Part shown: piece after piece, positions 24,901-34,319 of the stretch
Layout of the letters: each line of letters begins with the position of its first letter
How positions within the stretch are numbered: the stretch's first letter is position 1
From: Octopus sinensis
Lineage: Eukaryota
Direction: 5' to 3'
Length of the DNA: 64,000 bases
NCBI RefSeq assembly: GCF_006345805.1
Contig: NC_043000.1
Location: forward strand, 32,364,001 to 32,428,000
The notes under the pieces: model-generated
Databases searched by the model: none
The model's input: only the letters and a program-made list of their open reading frames with translations
What the model was told of the DNA's origin: nothing
Position numbers and translations under genes: made by a program

Positions 24901-27900
24901 CCATGAGGCCCATATATATATATGTATCATCATCATCATCATCATTTAACGTCCGCTTTCCATGCTAGCATGGGTTGGACAGTTCAACTGGTGTCTGGGG
25001 AGCCCGAAGGCTGCACCAGGCCAGTCAGATCTGGCAGTGTTTCTACAGCTGGATGCCCTTCCTAACGCCAACCACTCCGAGAGTGTAGTGGGTGATTTTA
25101 TGTGCCACCGACACAGGTGCCAGACGAGGCTGGCGAACGGCCACGCTCGGATGGTGTTTTTATGTGCCACCGACACAGGTGCCAGACAAGGCTGGCAGAC
25201 GACCACGCTCGGATGGTGTTTTTTTTTTTTATGTGCCACCGACACAGGTGCCAGACGAGGCTGGCGAACGACCACGCTCGGATGGTGTTTTTATGTGCCA
25301 CCGACACAGGTGCCAGACAAGGCTGGCAGACGACCACGCTCGGATGGTGTTTTTATGTGCCACCGACACAGGTGCCAGACGAGGCTGGCGAACGGCCACG
25401 CTCGGATGGTGTTTTTATGTGCCACCGACACAGGTGCCAGACAAGGCTAGCAGACGACCACGCTCGGATGGTGTTTTTTTATGTGCCACCGACACAGGTG
25501 CCAGACGAGGCTGGCGAACGGCCACGCTCGGATGGTGTTTTTATGTGCCACCGACACAGGTGCCAGACAAGCTCGATTGGGTGGTGATTGTTACGTGCCC
25601 ACAGCATGGAGGCCAGTCGGTGCGGTACTGGCTACACCCACGTTCGGATGGTATTCTTGTGTGCCACCGGCACTGGTACCACAAAGATACAAATTCCATT
25701 GATGTTCATCTATTTTGATTTTGTTTGATTTTCACTTGCCTCAACAGGTCTTCACAAGTGTCACAAGAAGGAAGGTATGCACAGGTGGACTGACTACGTC
25801 CTAGGTAGGGGCCACGGGTTATGGCCTGACTAGTCTTGCCGGGTCTTCTCACGCATAGCATACTTCCATAGGTCTCGGTCTCTAGTCATTTCCTTGGTGA
25901 GACCTAAAGTTCGTAAGTCGTGCTTCACCACTTCGTCCCAGGTTTTCCTGGGTCTACCTCTTCCACAGGTTCCCTCAACTGCTAGGGTGTAGCACTTTTG
26001 CACACAACTATCTTCAGCCATTCTCGTCATATGACCATACCAGCGCAGCCGTCTCTCTTGCACACCACAACTGACGCTTCTTAGGTTCAACTTTTCTCTC
26101 AAGGTACTTACACTCTGACGATTATGAACACTGACATTACACATCCATCGGAGCATACTGGCTTCATTTCTTGCGAGCTTACGCATATCCTCAGCAGTCA
26201 CGGCCCATGTTTCACTACCATGTAGCATGGCTGTACGTACACATGCATCATAAAGTCTGCCTTTTACTCTGAGCGAGAGGCCTTTTGTCACCAGCAGGGG
26301 TAAGAGCTCTCTAAACTTTGCCCAGGCTATTCTTACTCTAGCAGTTACACTTTCAGCACACCCACCCCCGCTACTAATTTGGTCTCCAAGGTAGCGGAAG
26401 CTATCAACTACTTCTAGTTTGTCTCCCTGGAACGTGGTAGAAGTTGGTCTCTGCACATTTCCAGTGTTTATTTCTCCTGAGCATCTGCCACATACGAAAA
26501 CTATCTTCCCAGTTAGCCTACCTTTGACATTGCTGCACCTCTTATGTGTCCATAGCTTACACTTGGTGCACCTTATAGAGTTTCTACCTACACCTTTTCT
26601 TTTCTCTTCTACAGATCGAGCAGGGCCATCTACCTGAAGTCGTTTGTGGTTGGTCCACCTTCCTACTTATTAGGACTTTGGTTTTGGCTAGGTTGATTCT
26701 AAGGCCCTTCGATTCTAATCCTTGTTTCCACACCTGAAACTTCTCCTCCAGTTCTGATAGTGACTCAGCAATTAGAGCAAGGTCATCAGCATATAGGAGC
26801 TCCCAGGGGCATCCTGTCTTAAATTCTTCCGTTATTGCCTGGAGGACTATGATAAATAGGAGGGGGCTGAGGACTGAACCTTGGTGGACCCCAACCTCTA
26901 CCCGGAATTCTTCACTACTCGTTGCCAACCCTCACCTTACTAGCTGCGTCTCTGTACATGGCTCGCACAGCTCTCACTAACCATTCATCTATCCCTAGTT
27001 TCCTCATTTACCACCAGATAAGGGATCGGGGGACCCTGTCAAAGGCTTTCTCTAAGTCAACAAAAGCCAGGTACAAGGGCTTACCTTTGGCTAGGTATTT
27101 CTCCTGCAGCTGTCTTACCAGGATATAGCATCAGTAGTACTTTTTCCCTGGCACGAACCCAAACTGCATATCATCTAAGCTAACTCTCTCTCTAATTAAC
27201 TGGGCTATAACCCTCTCCGTAACCTTCATTACCTGATCCAACAGCTTGATGCCCCTGTAGTTATTTGTATCTAGGGCATCGCCTTTACCTTTGTAGCAGT
27301 TGACTATTATGCTGCTACACCAGTCATTGGGTATGACTCCTTCGTGTATCACCTGGTTAACTATACGGGTGACTATGCTATAGCCGCCGACACTACCAGA
27401 TATTTTGAGCAACTCTGCAGTAATTCCTGATGGGCCTGGGGCTTTCCCTGTCTTCATGCTTCTAATTGCCTTAGCTACCACGGAACTATCAACTCGGATA
27501 GCTAGTCCCTCTGTTGGGTCAACATTCGGCAGACTCTCTTTATCCCATCATTTTCCTCATTCAGCAACCTTTCATAGTGGCGTCTCCAAGCTTCTCTCTT
27601 TGCATCCTCATTTAGCGCAAGTGAACCATCCTCCATGCGAACACATTTCTCTCCTACCACATCTCGATTCTCTCTCACACACTGTCTTGCAACACGAAAT
27701 ACCTCAAGTCTTTCATCCTCACGGCGCAGGACATTGGCAAATTTTCTTTTATCTGCTTCCCCTCTGGCTAGATAGACCTGTCTCCTAGCTTCCCTTCTGG
27801 CAGTCTGATACACTTCCCTGCTACCACCGTTCTTCCAGGCCTTCCAAGCCTTTTTCTTTTGTCTAATAGCCCTATCAACAATATTGTTCCACCACCACCA

Positions 27901-28698
27901 CGTTTTTGGGTCTTAAGGGGACTTTGCACCAGCCACAGATCTGGTCAGCGGCTTTCAGCAGGTTGTCCCTCAAAACGTCCAGTTGTCTTCTCCTACCCCA
28001 TTGTAGCTATACCCCCTTCCACTTCGTCAAAGGCTTCAAGTAACATATCTCTAAATCTCTGTCCATTCGCAGGGTCTTTAAGCTTCCAGACCCTTCTTCT
28101 CCATGTTGGTCGTCTTCTAGTCGCCCTCTTAGTCCTGATCCTAAAGTCACTAACTACCAGTCTATGTTGTGGGGTGCATTCTTCGCCTGGGAAGGTTTTG
28201 GCATTTATAAGCAGCCATCTTTCCCTTTTTCTGGCGAGGATGTAGTCGATTTGGCTAGTATGCCGGCCCGATCGGTAGGTGACCAGGTGGCTTGTTGGTT
28301 TCCTGAAGTTAGTGTTGCAGATCATAAGACTATTCGCATCGCAGAACTCCAGCAGCCTGGTTCCCTCCTCGTTGCGGGAACCATAACCGTAGCCTCCATG
28401 CATGCCATGGAAGCTCCCAGCATGTCGTCCAACATGCCCATTGAAATCACCAGCCACAAAGAGAAGGTCCCTGTCGTTCGTCAATGAGGTGGTCTGCAGT
28501 AGGGTGTCATAGAAACTGTCTTTCTGTCCATCGGGTAGCCCTGGCTGAGGGGCATAAGCCGATATAATGGTTGCTAATCTATTATGAAGCACTATTCTAA
28601 TCTTAAGTATTCTGTCACTTACTCTGATTACCTCAATTACTCTATCTATCCATTTCTCAGCGATAAGTATACCCACGCCACCAACCCCGTCAGTGTTC

Positions 28699-28730
<32 letters not shown>

Positions 28731-29652
28731 TCAAAAATAAGCAACAAGAATGACTCCGGTAATTTGGTACAATTGTTTCACACTACAACATTTTATTAAA
28801 AGTTGTAATTATTACAGCAGATTTAAGATGTTGAGTGCTCTTCAGCCAAAAATATAGGTTTTCCAATAATAAAATGTTACTACTTGATTTAAAAGCTTTT
28901 GTATTATTGGAAAACCATCTCTGGCCAGTCTTTTATCATATTCTTTCCCAAGTAAACCTAGCTGTCTACTTCTTCTATGGTCTTGCTGTTTATGGTGACG
29001 AGCGCTAGTATAACCTGCCTGTTGAGCATGACTTTGGTCTTTCAGATTATGATATAAATTCAGTATTAATATCTGTGGTGCCATTCCTCAAGAAGTACTT
29101 TCAAGACATGATTTTCAACTCTGTTATCAGATAGTCCAGTCCACTGAAGAAAGATCGGTGCAAGAAATCCAGGAACCAATCTTTTGCTGCCATTTCTATT
29201 TAGTGTTACAGAAAGAGAAATCGGTGTTCACTTGAGAGTGCACTAGCATCTAACCAATAACGACCATGCAAACAATGCTATCATCAAGAATGGGGGGTGG
29301 GGACTAAAGCTGAACTAATCCATTAACGAAGAAACTAGATCAGGAATTTAGTGCACTGTTTCATGCAGGGTTTATTTAGATATATATAAAATAGGTACCA
29401 GTAATATACTGCAATGAAATTAATCAGTTAATATTTTCTCCCTTTATATATATATGTGTGTTTGTTTGTTTTTCAGGAGTTGTGACAAATGAAGGTCTTT
29501 TGTATGTGATTGGTGGAGATGATGGCTCTTCAAATCTGGGCTCTATTGAGTGCTACGATGCCAAACTCAATAAATGGACCTTATTACCTTCATGTATGGT
29601 AACAGGACGAAGTTATGCAGGAGTTGTTGTGATTGATAAGCCTATCACATAA
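2667..29652 (+). CDS. KLHL2: Kelch-like protein (BTB-BACK-6xKelch), KLHL2/KLHL3/Drosophila kelch orthologue; spliced CDS of 11 exons, 578 aa
   Basis: Exons 2667-2770, 7173-7401, 9637-9812, 14361-14457, 15214-15480, 16916-17033, 18436-18633, 18989-19090, 21218-21346, 23938-24078, 29477-29652 join with GT-AG boundaries and matching phases into 1737 nt. Motifs [58 protein letters not shown] and [13 protein letters not shown] are typical of KLHL2/3. The symbol cannot distinguish KLHL2 from KLHL3 (single invertebrate co-orthologue). Confidence 0.95.
2877..6545 (-). mobile_element. Degenerate near-full-length RTE-clade LINE in kelch intron 1
   Basis: ORF fragments give APE endonuclease ([21 protein letters not shown]), RT ([19 protein letters not shown]) and C-terminal (GRPRKTW-like) motifs with many stops and frameshifts; (CAT)n tail at 2877. 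Confidence 0.92.
6761..6911 (-). mobile_element. RTE tail fragment, 5' end abutting (TA)n
   Basis: (ATC)n-GTTTAACGTCCGC...CAACCACTCCG followed directly by ATATAT. Confidence 0.85.
7173..7401 (+). CDS. KLHL2: Kelch gene exon 2 (BTB domain)
   Basis: TTTTTTCAG acceptor; [34 protein letters not shown]...EDNVQ; donor GTGAGT. Confidence 0.97.
7548..7910 (+). mobile_element. tRNA-derived SINE with RTE-type 3' tail
   Basis: Family A head, central GT-rich part, then GGTTGGCACCAGGAAAGGCATCTGG...CATGG...GATGAT, resembling the RTE tail. Confidence 0.65.
8165..8815 (+). mobile_element. RTE 3' end (ORF stop region plus complete 3' UTR)
   Basis: GACCTTTGGAAATATGCAGTGCGTGAGAAGACCCGG ([12 protein letters not shown]), five GTGC(C)nGTGGCAC units, terminal motif and GAT tail. 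Confidence 0.9.
8965..9245 (-). mobile_element. SINE (family E, AAATAAAGTGTCTTGCTCAAGG core)
   Basis: Shares AAATAAAGTGTCTTGCTCAAG with the reverse complement of 51385-51410. Confidence 0.55.
9637..9812 (+). CDS. KLHL2: Kelch gene exon 3 (BTB end/BACK start)
   Basis: TTTCACAG acceptor; [34 protein letters not shown]...EQHF; donor GTTGGT. Confidence 0.97.
10002..10285 (-). mobile_element. RTE tail fragment
   Basis: Standard (CAT)n-GTTTAACGTCCG terminus. Confidence 0.85.
10990..14045 (+). mobile_element. Degenerate RTE-clade LINE in kelch intron 3
   Basis: Endonuclease ([26 protein letters not shown]), 241-aa RT ORF 12415-13140 ([25 protein letters not shown]), C-terminus with internal deletions, 3' tail ending GATGATGAT. 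Confidence 0.95.
14361..14457 (+). CDS. KLHL2: Kelch gene exon 4 (BACK)
   Basis: CTCTTACAG acceptor; [32 protein letters not shown]; donor GTGAGT. Confidence 0.96.
14832..15103 (-). mobile_element. tRNA-derived SINE (family A), degenerate
   Basis: GGTACTTATTC...GCCGAAC...CATCGATTGTCA and GGGACTGAACC...GCAGCC match 38265-39030. Confidence 0.65.
15214..15480 (+). CDS. KLHL2: Kelch gene exon 5 (BACK/linker)
   Basis: TCCACAG acceptor; [12 protein letters not shown]...HVRLPL...EAMKYHLL...PRTPIGLPK; donor GTACCA. Confidence 0.96.
16916..17033 (+). CDS. KLHL2: Kelch gene exon 6 (Kelch repeat 1)
   Basis: GTTACAG acceptor; [39 protein letters not shown]; donor GTAAAA. Confidence 0.96.
17460..18125 (-). 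mobile_element. RTE 3' UTR, complete tail
   Basis: (CAT)n, conserved terminus, GTGCCA...GGCAC repeat units, CTTGCCTCAACAGGTCTT motif. Confidence 0.9.
18436..18633 (+). CDS. KLHL2: Kelch gene exon 7 (Kelch repeats 2-3)
   Basis: CTTTCAG acceptor; [28 protein letters not shown]...[24 protein letters not shown]; donor GTAAGA. Confidence 0.97.
18989..19090 (+). CDS. KLHL2: Kelch gene exon 8
   Basis: Poly-T...GATGCAG acceptor; [33 protein letters not shown]; donor GTGATT. Confidence 0.95.
19883..20460 (-). mobile_element. Two adjacent RTE tail fragments (about 19883-20160 and 20255-20460)
   Basis: Both contain the GGATGCCCTT(C)...AACCAC motif. Confidence 0.75.
20546..20899 (-). mobile_element. 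Young tRNA-derived SINE (family D) with 11-bp target-site duplication
   Basis: Head GTGGAGGCGCAATGGCCCAGTGGTTAGGGC (A box), GGTTTTGATTCCC (B-box-like), (AAAC)n tail; GTTGCAGATGT duplicated at 20535-20545 and 20900-20910. Confidence 0.9.
21218..21346 (+). CDS. KLHL2: Kelch gene exon 9
   Basis: GTGGCAG acceptor; [42 protein letters not shown]; donor GTAAGC (not in the ORF track). Confidence 0.95.
21590..23640 (+). mobile_element. 5'-truncated RTE LINE in kelch intron 9
   Basis: RT ORFs 21864-22397 and 22404-23210 (split by a TAG); ORF end deleted and fused to the 3' UTR at about 23142; (GAT)n tail. Confidence 0.95.
23938..24078 (+). CDS. KLHL2: Kelch gene exon 10
   Basis: Poly-T-TAG acceptor; [46 protein letters not shown]; donor GTATGT (not in the ORF track). 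Confidence 0.96.
24925..28699 (-). mobile_element. Best-preserved RTE LINE copy (kelch intron 10), 5'-truncated, flanked by (TA)n
   Basis: Successive ORFs 27993-28730 (endonuclease), 27502-27813, 27131-27481, 26584-26928 (RT, YADD) and 25830-26456 (C-terminus); 3' UTR with expanded array; (CAT)n tail. Confidence 0.96.
25100..25570. repeat. Minisatellite of about 62-bp units, 8 copies, alternating A/B variants
   Basis: ATGTGCCACCGACACAGGTGCCAGAC starts at 25100, 25162, 25231, 25293, 25355, 25417, 25481 and 25543. Confidence 0.95.
29477..29652 (+). CDS. KLHL2: Kelch gene exon 11 (last coding exon)
   Basis: TTTTCAG acceptor; [27 protein letters not shown]...[15 protein letters not shown]; stop TAA 29650-29652. 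Confidence 0.96.
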
Positions 29653-29879
29653 CAGACTGTCATCGTTTAACGAAAACCTGTCTTTTACAGAAAAAAAGTA
29701 TAAACTCTGAAATTATCCTGGTGACAAATGAATGAAGAATGTTCGGAAATGATGCAGTGAGTGAGAAATTCTGGCCATTGCTGACCACTATTTACAACTG
29801 TTGAGTGACAAATACACACACACACACACCTGCAAATTACTTGAGAAAAGAACTCTGAAAACCTGCCAGATAATCTCAT

Positions 29880-30045
29880 ACATGTGTGTGTAGGTCTGTA
29901 GACACAGACGTGTGTGTGTATATATATGTGTGTGTGTATGTATATACATACACACATACGCATGTATGTGTGTATGTATATATTTATATACACACAGACA
30001 CATGTATGTATGTATATATATACATACATACACACATATACACAG
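29880..30045. repeat. Compound (TG)/(TA)/(CA) microsatellite in the kelch 3' UTR
   Basis: Mixed dinucleotide runs; source of several spurious ORFs. Confidence 0.9.
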
Positions 30046-30339
30046 ACAGGAAAGAATCACAAAAGTAATGTTTGTCTTTGTTTTTTATCTTTGTCTGTAA
30101 ACGGTGACCCCAAAAGGGTCTGGTTTCATGTCAATTCCTCCTGGATCCATCTTGGTGTCTAAAGAATGTAAAAAGATCAAGAAGAAAAGAAAAATGAAAT
30201 GTGAATTTATTTTTATAAAAAAATGTTTGTGCAATTATAATCTATGATAATTTATTTATGATCATCATCATCATCGTTATCATCATCATCATCCTCAGTA
30301 TAAAAACTAATGACTTAAATTCTATGCATTTTCTGTTTT

Positions 30340-30355
30340 AATAAAAAGAAATAAA
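30340..30355 (+). promoter_or_regulatory. Candidate polyadenylation signals of the kelch gene
   Basis: Two AATAAA hexamers (30340-30345, 30350-30355) about 700 nt after the stop, with T-rich sequence further downstream; AT-rich background makes chance occurrence plausible. Confidence 0.35.
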
Positions 30356-30974
30356 TTTCAGAAATTTCTCAACTAAAGTCCAGTTTGGTATATCATCATC
30401 ATCATCATCACTCTATTATCCTTTAATAATCTTCCTTCATTAAGAATTGCCAGAGTGGAAACTAAAATAATCTTTTTTTTTTTTTTTTGTTCCATTGGAA
30501 TGGTTTCAGGTTCATGTTCCTAAACAACCTTCGTTGTCTCTTTTGTATGACATTATTGTTGTTAAATTAGGTTTTTTTTTTTTTTTTCCTTTTCAGGCTT
30601 TTTGGTCTCTTTGCTATGCCACTGTTTGTTATTTTCTTTGGTCTGGAGGGAAAACTATATTTATTTGAGCTGTTAACGAACACAAAAGAATATGTAAAGC
30701 CAAATACGGAATCCTTGTGAAACTCTGGGATTTCAGTTCGGAATCGTTGATGTGTGTGTTGACAGTTCTAATTGTGTTTCCAACGTTGGCGTTTAGTTAT
30801 CCCCGTGTCGTTGAATACGATGTTTCTCTTTTGCATATTTGACATTTGTATGGAGTACAAGCCTGTGTGTGTGTAAATAATTGGGCTGTGTAATTAGTAA
30901 TTACTTAAATACTATGATGTAAACATCCTTAAAGAGCTACTTAGACTTCAACTGTATTGTTTTAATATTAAGGT

Positions 30975-31165
30975 TGCAAGCTGGCAGAACCATCAGCTCT
31001 TTTGGCCAAATGTTTTGCAACTTTTCTTCCAACTTTACATTCTGAATTCAGACTCTGCCAAACTTGACTTTACCGTTCATCCTTTCGGAATCGATAAAAT
31101 AAGGACCAGTTGATCACTGAAATCGATTTCACCCCTCTTCCTGAATTTGCTGGCCTTGTGCCAAC
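30975..31165 (+). mobile_element. SINE (family C), degenerate
   Basis: AGCTGGCAGAA head and TTCATCCTTTCGGAATCGATAAAATAAGGACCAG core shared with 61018-61233. Confidence 0.7.
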
Positions 31166-32322
31166 ATTTGAAATCATTTTAATTATTCATAACTGCCCCA
31201 CCTCACACCCTCCAGATTTTAAATCTATTATGGACCCTGTCTGTAAAACTAGACAAAACCTACCAACTGCTGCTAGGTTTTACAGTAGGGACTTGTCTAA
31301 TATTAGAAGGTTGGGTGCCTGTTATTCATTCCGCTGTCCAATCATAGACATCTGCTGCAGACTCAGTTTTCAGCCTCTGCTTCTGAAATGCGACACCTCA
31401 TCCTCACTCTCGGTTGGTTTGTTCTCTTCAAATCTCCAACAATGATATTCCTTTCAAACTTATCCATTATTGTGACCAACAACTTACCTGAATTTGTTTT
31501 CTTTTCTTCATAACAACAAAATGGTTCAGTTGTTTCTTTGACTTTTATCATTGCAACTCTATAAAATCCTTTCAGTTCCAGCCTGTCACTGTTCCTGTTC
31601 TTCTACAATACAAACTTCCTGTTTTAAAATGGATCAAAATCTTAACCTTCTCCTATCAAAACTTCGTTTTAATTTCTGTTTCACACACCAGCTTAATAAT
31701 GGCAAAATTATTCCACTAAATTACTCATTATTTGCAAATTGAATTGAAACAAAGACGGTGTACTTCAACAGAATTATTCTAACAAAAGAGCTAAAGGTTG
31801 CCAACAAAAAATTGGAGCTTCAGTTCCCTTGATTTTGATGAATTAAATTTAAAATCTATTTTTATTAATTTAAAAAAAAAAAATTATCTGATCTTAAATC
31901 TTAACTTGGGGAAAATAATGTGTAGTGAGATTAAGTGATATAATTATTATTACAAGTACAGCTACACACACACACACGATTGTTCCTTCATGTTACATAT
32001 CTGAGCTGTATAGATCCAGTAATTCACATACACCTGTTACCATAGATTAACATTTTGGACTTTTCCATCACATGGTGAATCTAGTCTTTAAAGGATGTTA
32101 CATTCATTAGAATAAAACTATTTCAGTATTAAGAAAACTATCTTTTTTTTTTTTAACTTCTGCCACCTGTATGTTGTTGCACACCCTGCTAGTAATAGTT
32201 ACCAAATCCACTCAAAACAGACATTGGACAATGTAGTCATAGATATACAAAAAGACTGGATGGTTATGGGTGGAAACTCCTGTTTTAATCAGGAATGACC
32301 AAGGGCTAAGCAGCAACAGCAA

Positions 32323-32661
32323 GTGGAGGCGCAGCGGACTTGCGGTTGGAGGATCAGTTTCGATTCCCAGACCAGGCGTTGTGTGTGTTTATAGAGCGAA
32401 AACACCTAAAGCTCCACGAGGCTCCAGCAGGGAGTGGTGGCGACCCCTGTTGTACTCTTTTGCCCCAACTTTCTCTCACTCTTTCTTCCTGTTTCTTGTC
32501 CCCAACTTCCTACGCAACCACTGAGCCTGGATGCGCACTCATCCATCCGTCGAAGCTCTCGGGGGTTGACCTGTTTTCTCTTCTGTGGGTCTTACGAATA
32601 GCAAAGGACCACGTTTCGGACTTCTCCCATCTTGTGAGCTCTGGGACGAAGACCGTTCACT
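32323..32661 (+). mobile_element. SINE family D copy with 9-bp TSD and deleted A box
   Basis: Collinear with the reverse complement of 20546-20899; CAACAGCAA at 32314-32322 and 32662-32670. Confidence 0.85.
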
Positions 32662-34319
32662 CAACAGCAAACAGTTAAGTTCATTGAATAATAAAAACAA
32701 AATAGTTTTGAAATATTTCTCCAATAACCTTCAATTCTCTTTTACATTCCCTTTTCTTTATTTTTCAGTTAAAAAATGAAATTTTAATTAAACCCAATTA
32801 ATTATTCTTTGTGCATGTTGGTCCTGTAATATATTTATTGGTACAAAATATAGAGTATCTCCTGGGAGGAGGAGAGAGGTTTCTTCAGTGACAAGGAAAA
32901 CCTCTCATCAATTTTTATAAATATTTCAATGAAACAAAACATTAAGAATGAAAACCTAAACGATTCTGTCTAATTGAAAGCTTTGTTTTCAGTTGATTCT
33001 GCATTTCTTTTTAAAACCTTTTTTTCCTTGCAGTTATTGGTTGTGAGAAAACCATTCTGTAAAATGATTCTGTGTAACAATAAATTGGCTGTGAAGATTT
33101 GTTCTTAAAATATATTCTTCTGTTTGTTATTCAATGATTCAGTAATGCTTTTAACTCTCATCCCCCCTCCTCTCTCTCTGCAAATGTACACTTTTGATGC
33201 AGGCATAGCTGTGTGCTTAAGAACCTTGCTTCTCACTCATGGTTCCAGGTTCAGTCCTACAGCTGTGACTAATCTTGTCAGTGAAATTGGTTGAGAAACT
33301 GAAAGAAGTCTCGTGTGTGTCCTATGAAAGTGATATTGTTATTTCTCTTGTTAATAAATTATTGGTTTGTTTCTTGCCTTCAATGATTCTGAAGTAAGAG
33401 ATTCCTAATTTGATAAACAGATAAAGGTTAGTGACTGGAAGAGCATCCAACTTTAAAACATTGCTGCAAAAATATATTCATCTTACCCATGTTATCCTGG
33501 TAAAATGAACATAAAGCAAAACTGAACAAGCATACTCTGATAAGTAAAAGTATTTTGTTGTTCCTCTTCATACTTGTGTCATTCTTTTCTCCATTGAAGC
33601 AGAACAGCCTGGCAAAAGGACTGTTCCACACTACACTCGCTCTCTTTTATTCTTACCAGCTTCCTTGCATTCTTTTATTTCTGAAACCAACAGCCTCTTC
33701 CTCCTCATCATCATCATCACTTTATGTCTGCTTCTATGCTCACTTGGATTGGACAGATTGACACACTCTTCATACGAGAAACTGACCTAGATAAATCACA
33801 AAGCCATTTTGCTTGCTTTATCCTGCTGTTAGCCCTTCTTATCATCAACATCTTTACAAAGTGGGTTGGGTGCATGTTATTGTGGCACCTGCACTTTTGT
33901 GGATTGGCTTTCTAGCCTATAAAATTACAGAATTTCCATGAATTTATGATGTTCATTCCACTCAAGATAATGTGATGAGAGTGAGGGCAATGCCAAAGAT
34001 GTACCCAGAAGGGAGCAAGAATATTTTGAGAGAGAGAGAGTGATGGTAGAAAGTATCAAATACAAGCTCACCTTGTGCAATCCATTATTTATGTTTGTGG
34101 TTAGTGTAATGAGATGAGGATGTCAACTCTTGGTGTCTAGATGGAGGATCCCTTTTTCTCTTCTCACGAATACTTGACTCCAGTGGTCTAGTTATCGATA
34201 ATAGTAAACCAGTGAGTAAAAATATTTGAACATGTGTGCAAGAGCCTGCTGCCAGTTGTCAAATGTTGCCACAAACTATTTCAAGTGAACAATATTCCCC
34301 TGCTCTTCACTCAGTCTTA

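Noticed and set aside
25100-25570. CRISPR-like appearance of the regular array
   Set aside because: Units are full tandem repeats with no unique spacers, lie in an RTE 3' UTR in a eukaryotic intron, and no cas genes are present.
24946-25718. Long ORFs (161-208 aa) over the minisatellite
   Set aside because: Produced by stop-free tandem repeat units in several frames; repetitive translation with no domain signal.
29650-29670. Stop-codon readthrough as in Drosophila kelch (ORF1-UGA-ORF2)
   Set aside because: The stop is TAA and the frame closes again after five codons (CAG ACT GTC ATC GTT TAA); there is no ORF2.
31363-31500. Possible minus-strand exon(s) of a convergent gene (donor-like CAG|GTAAG near 31490, acidic peptide EENKPTESEDE)
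   Set aside because: No consistent acceptor or frame, no recognisable homology, and no partner exons found.
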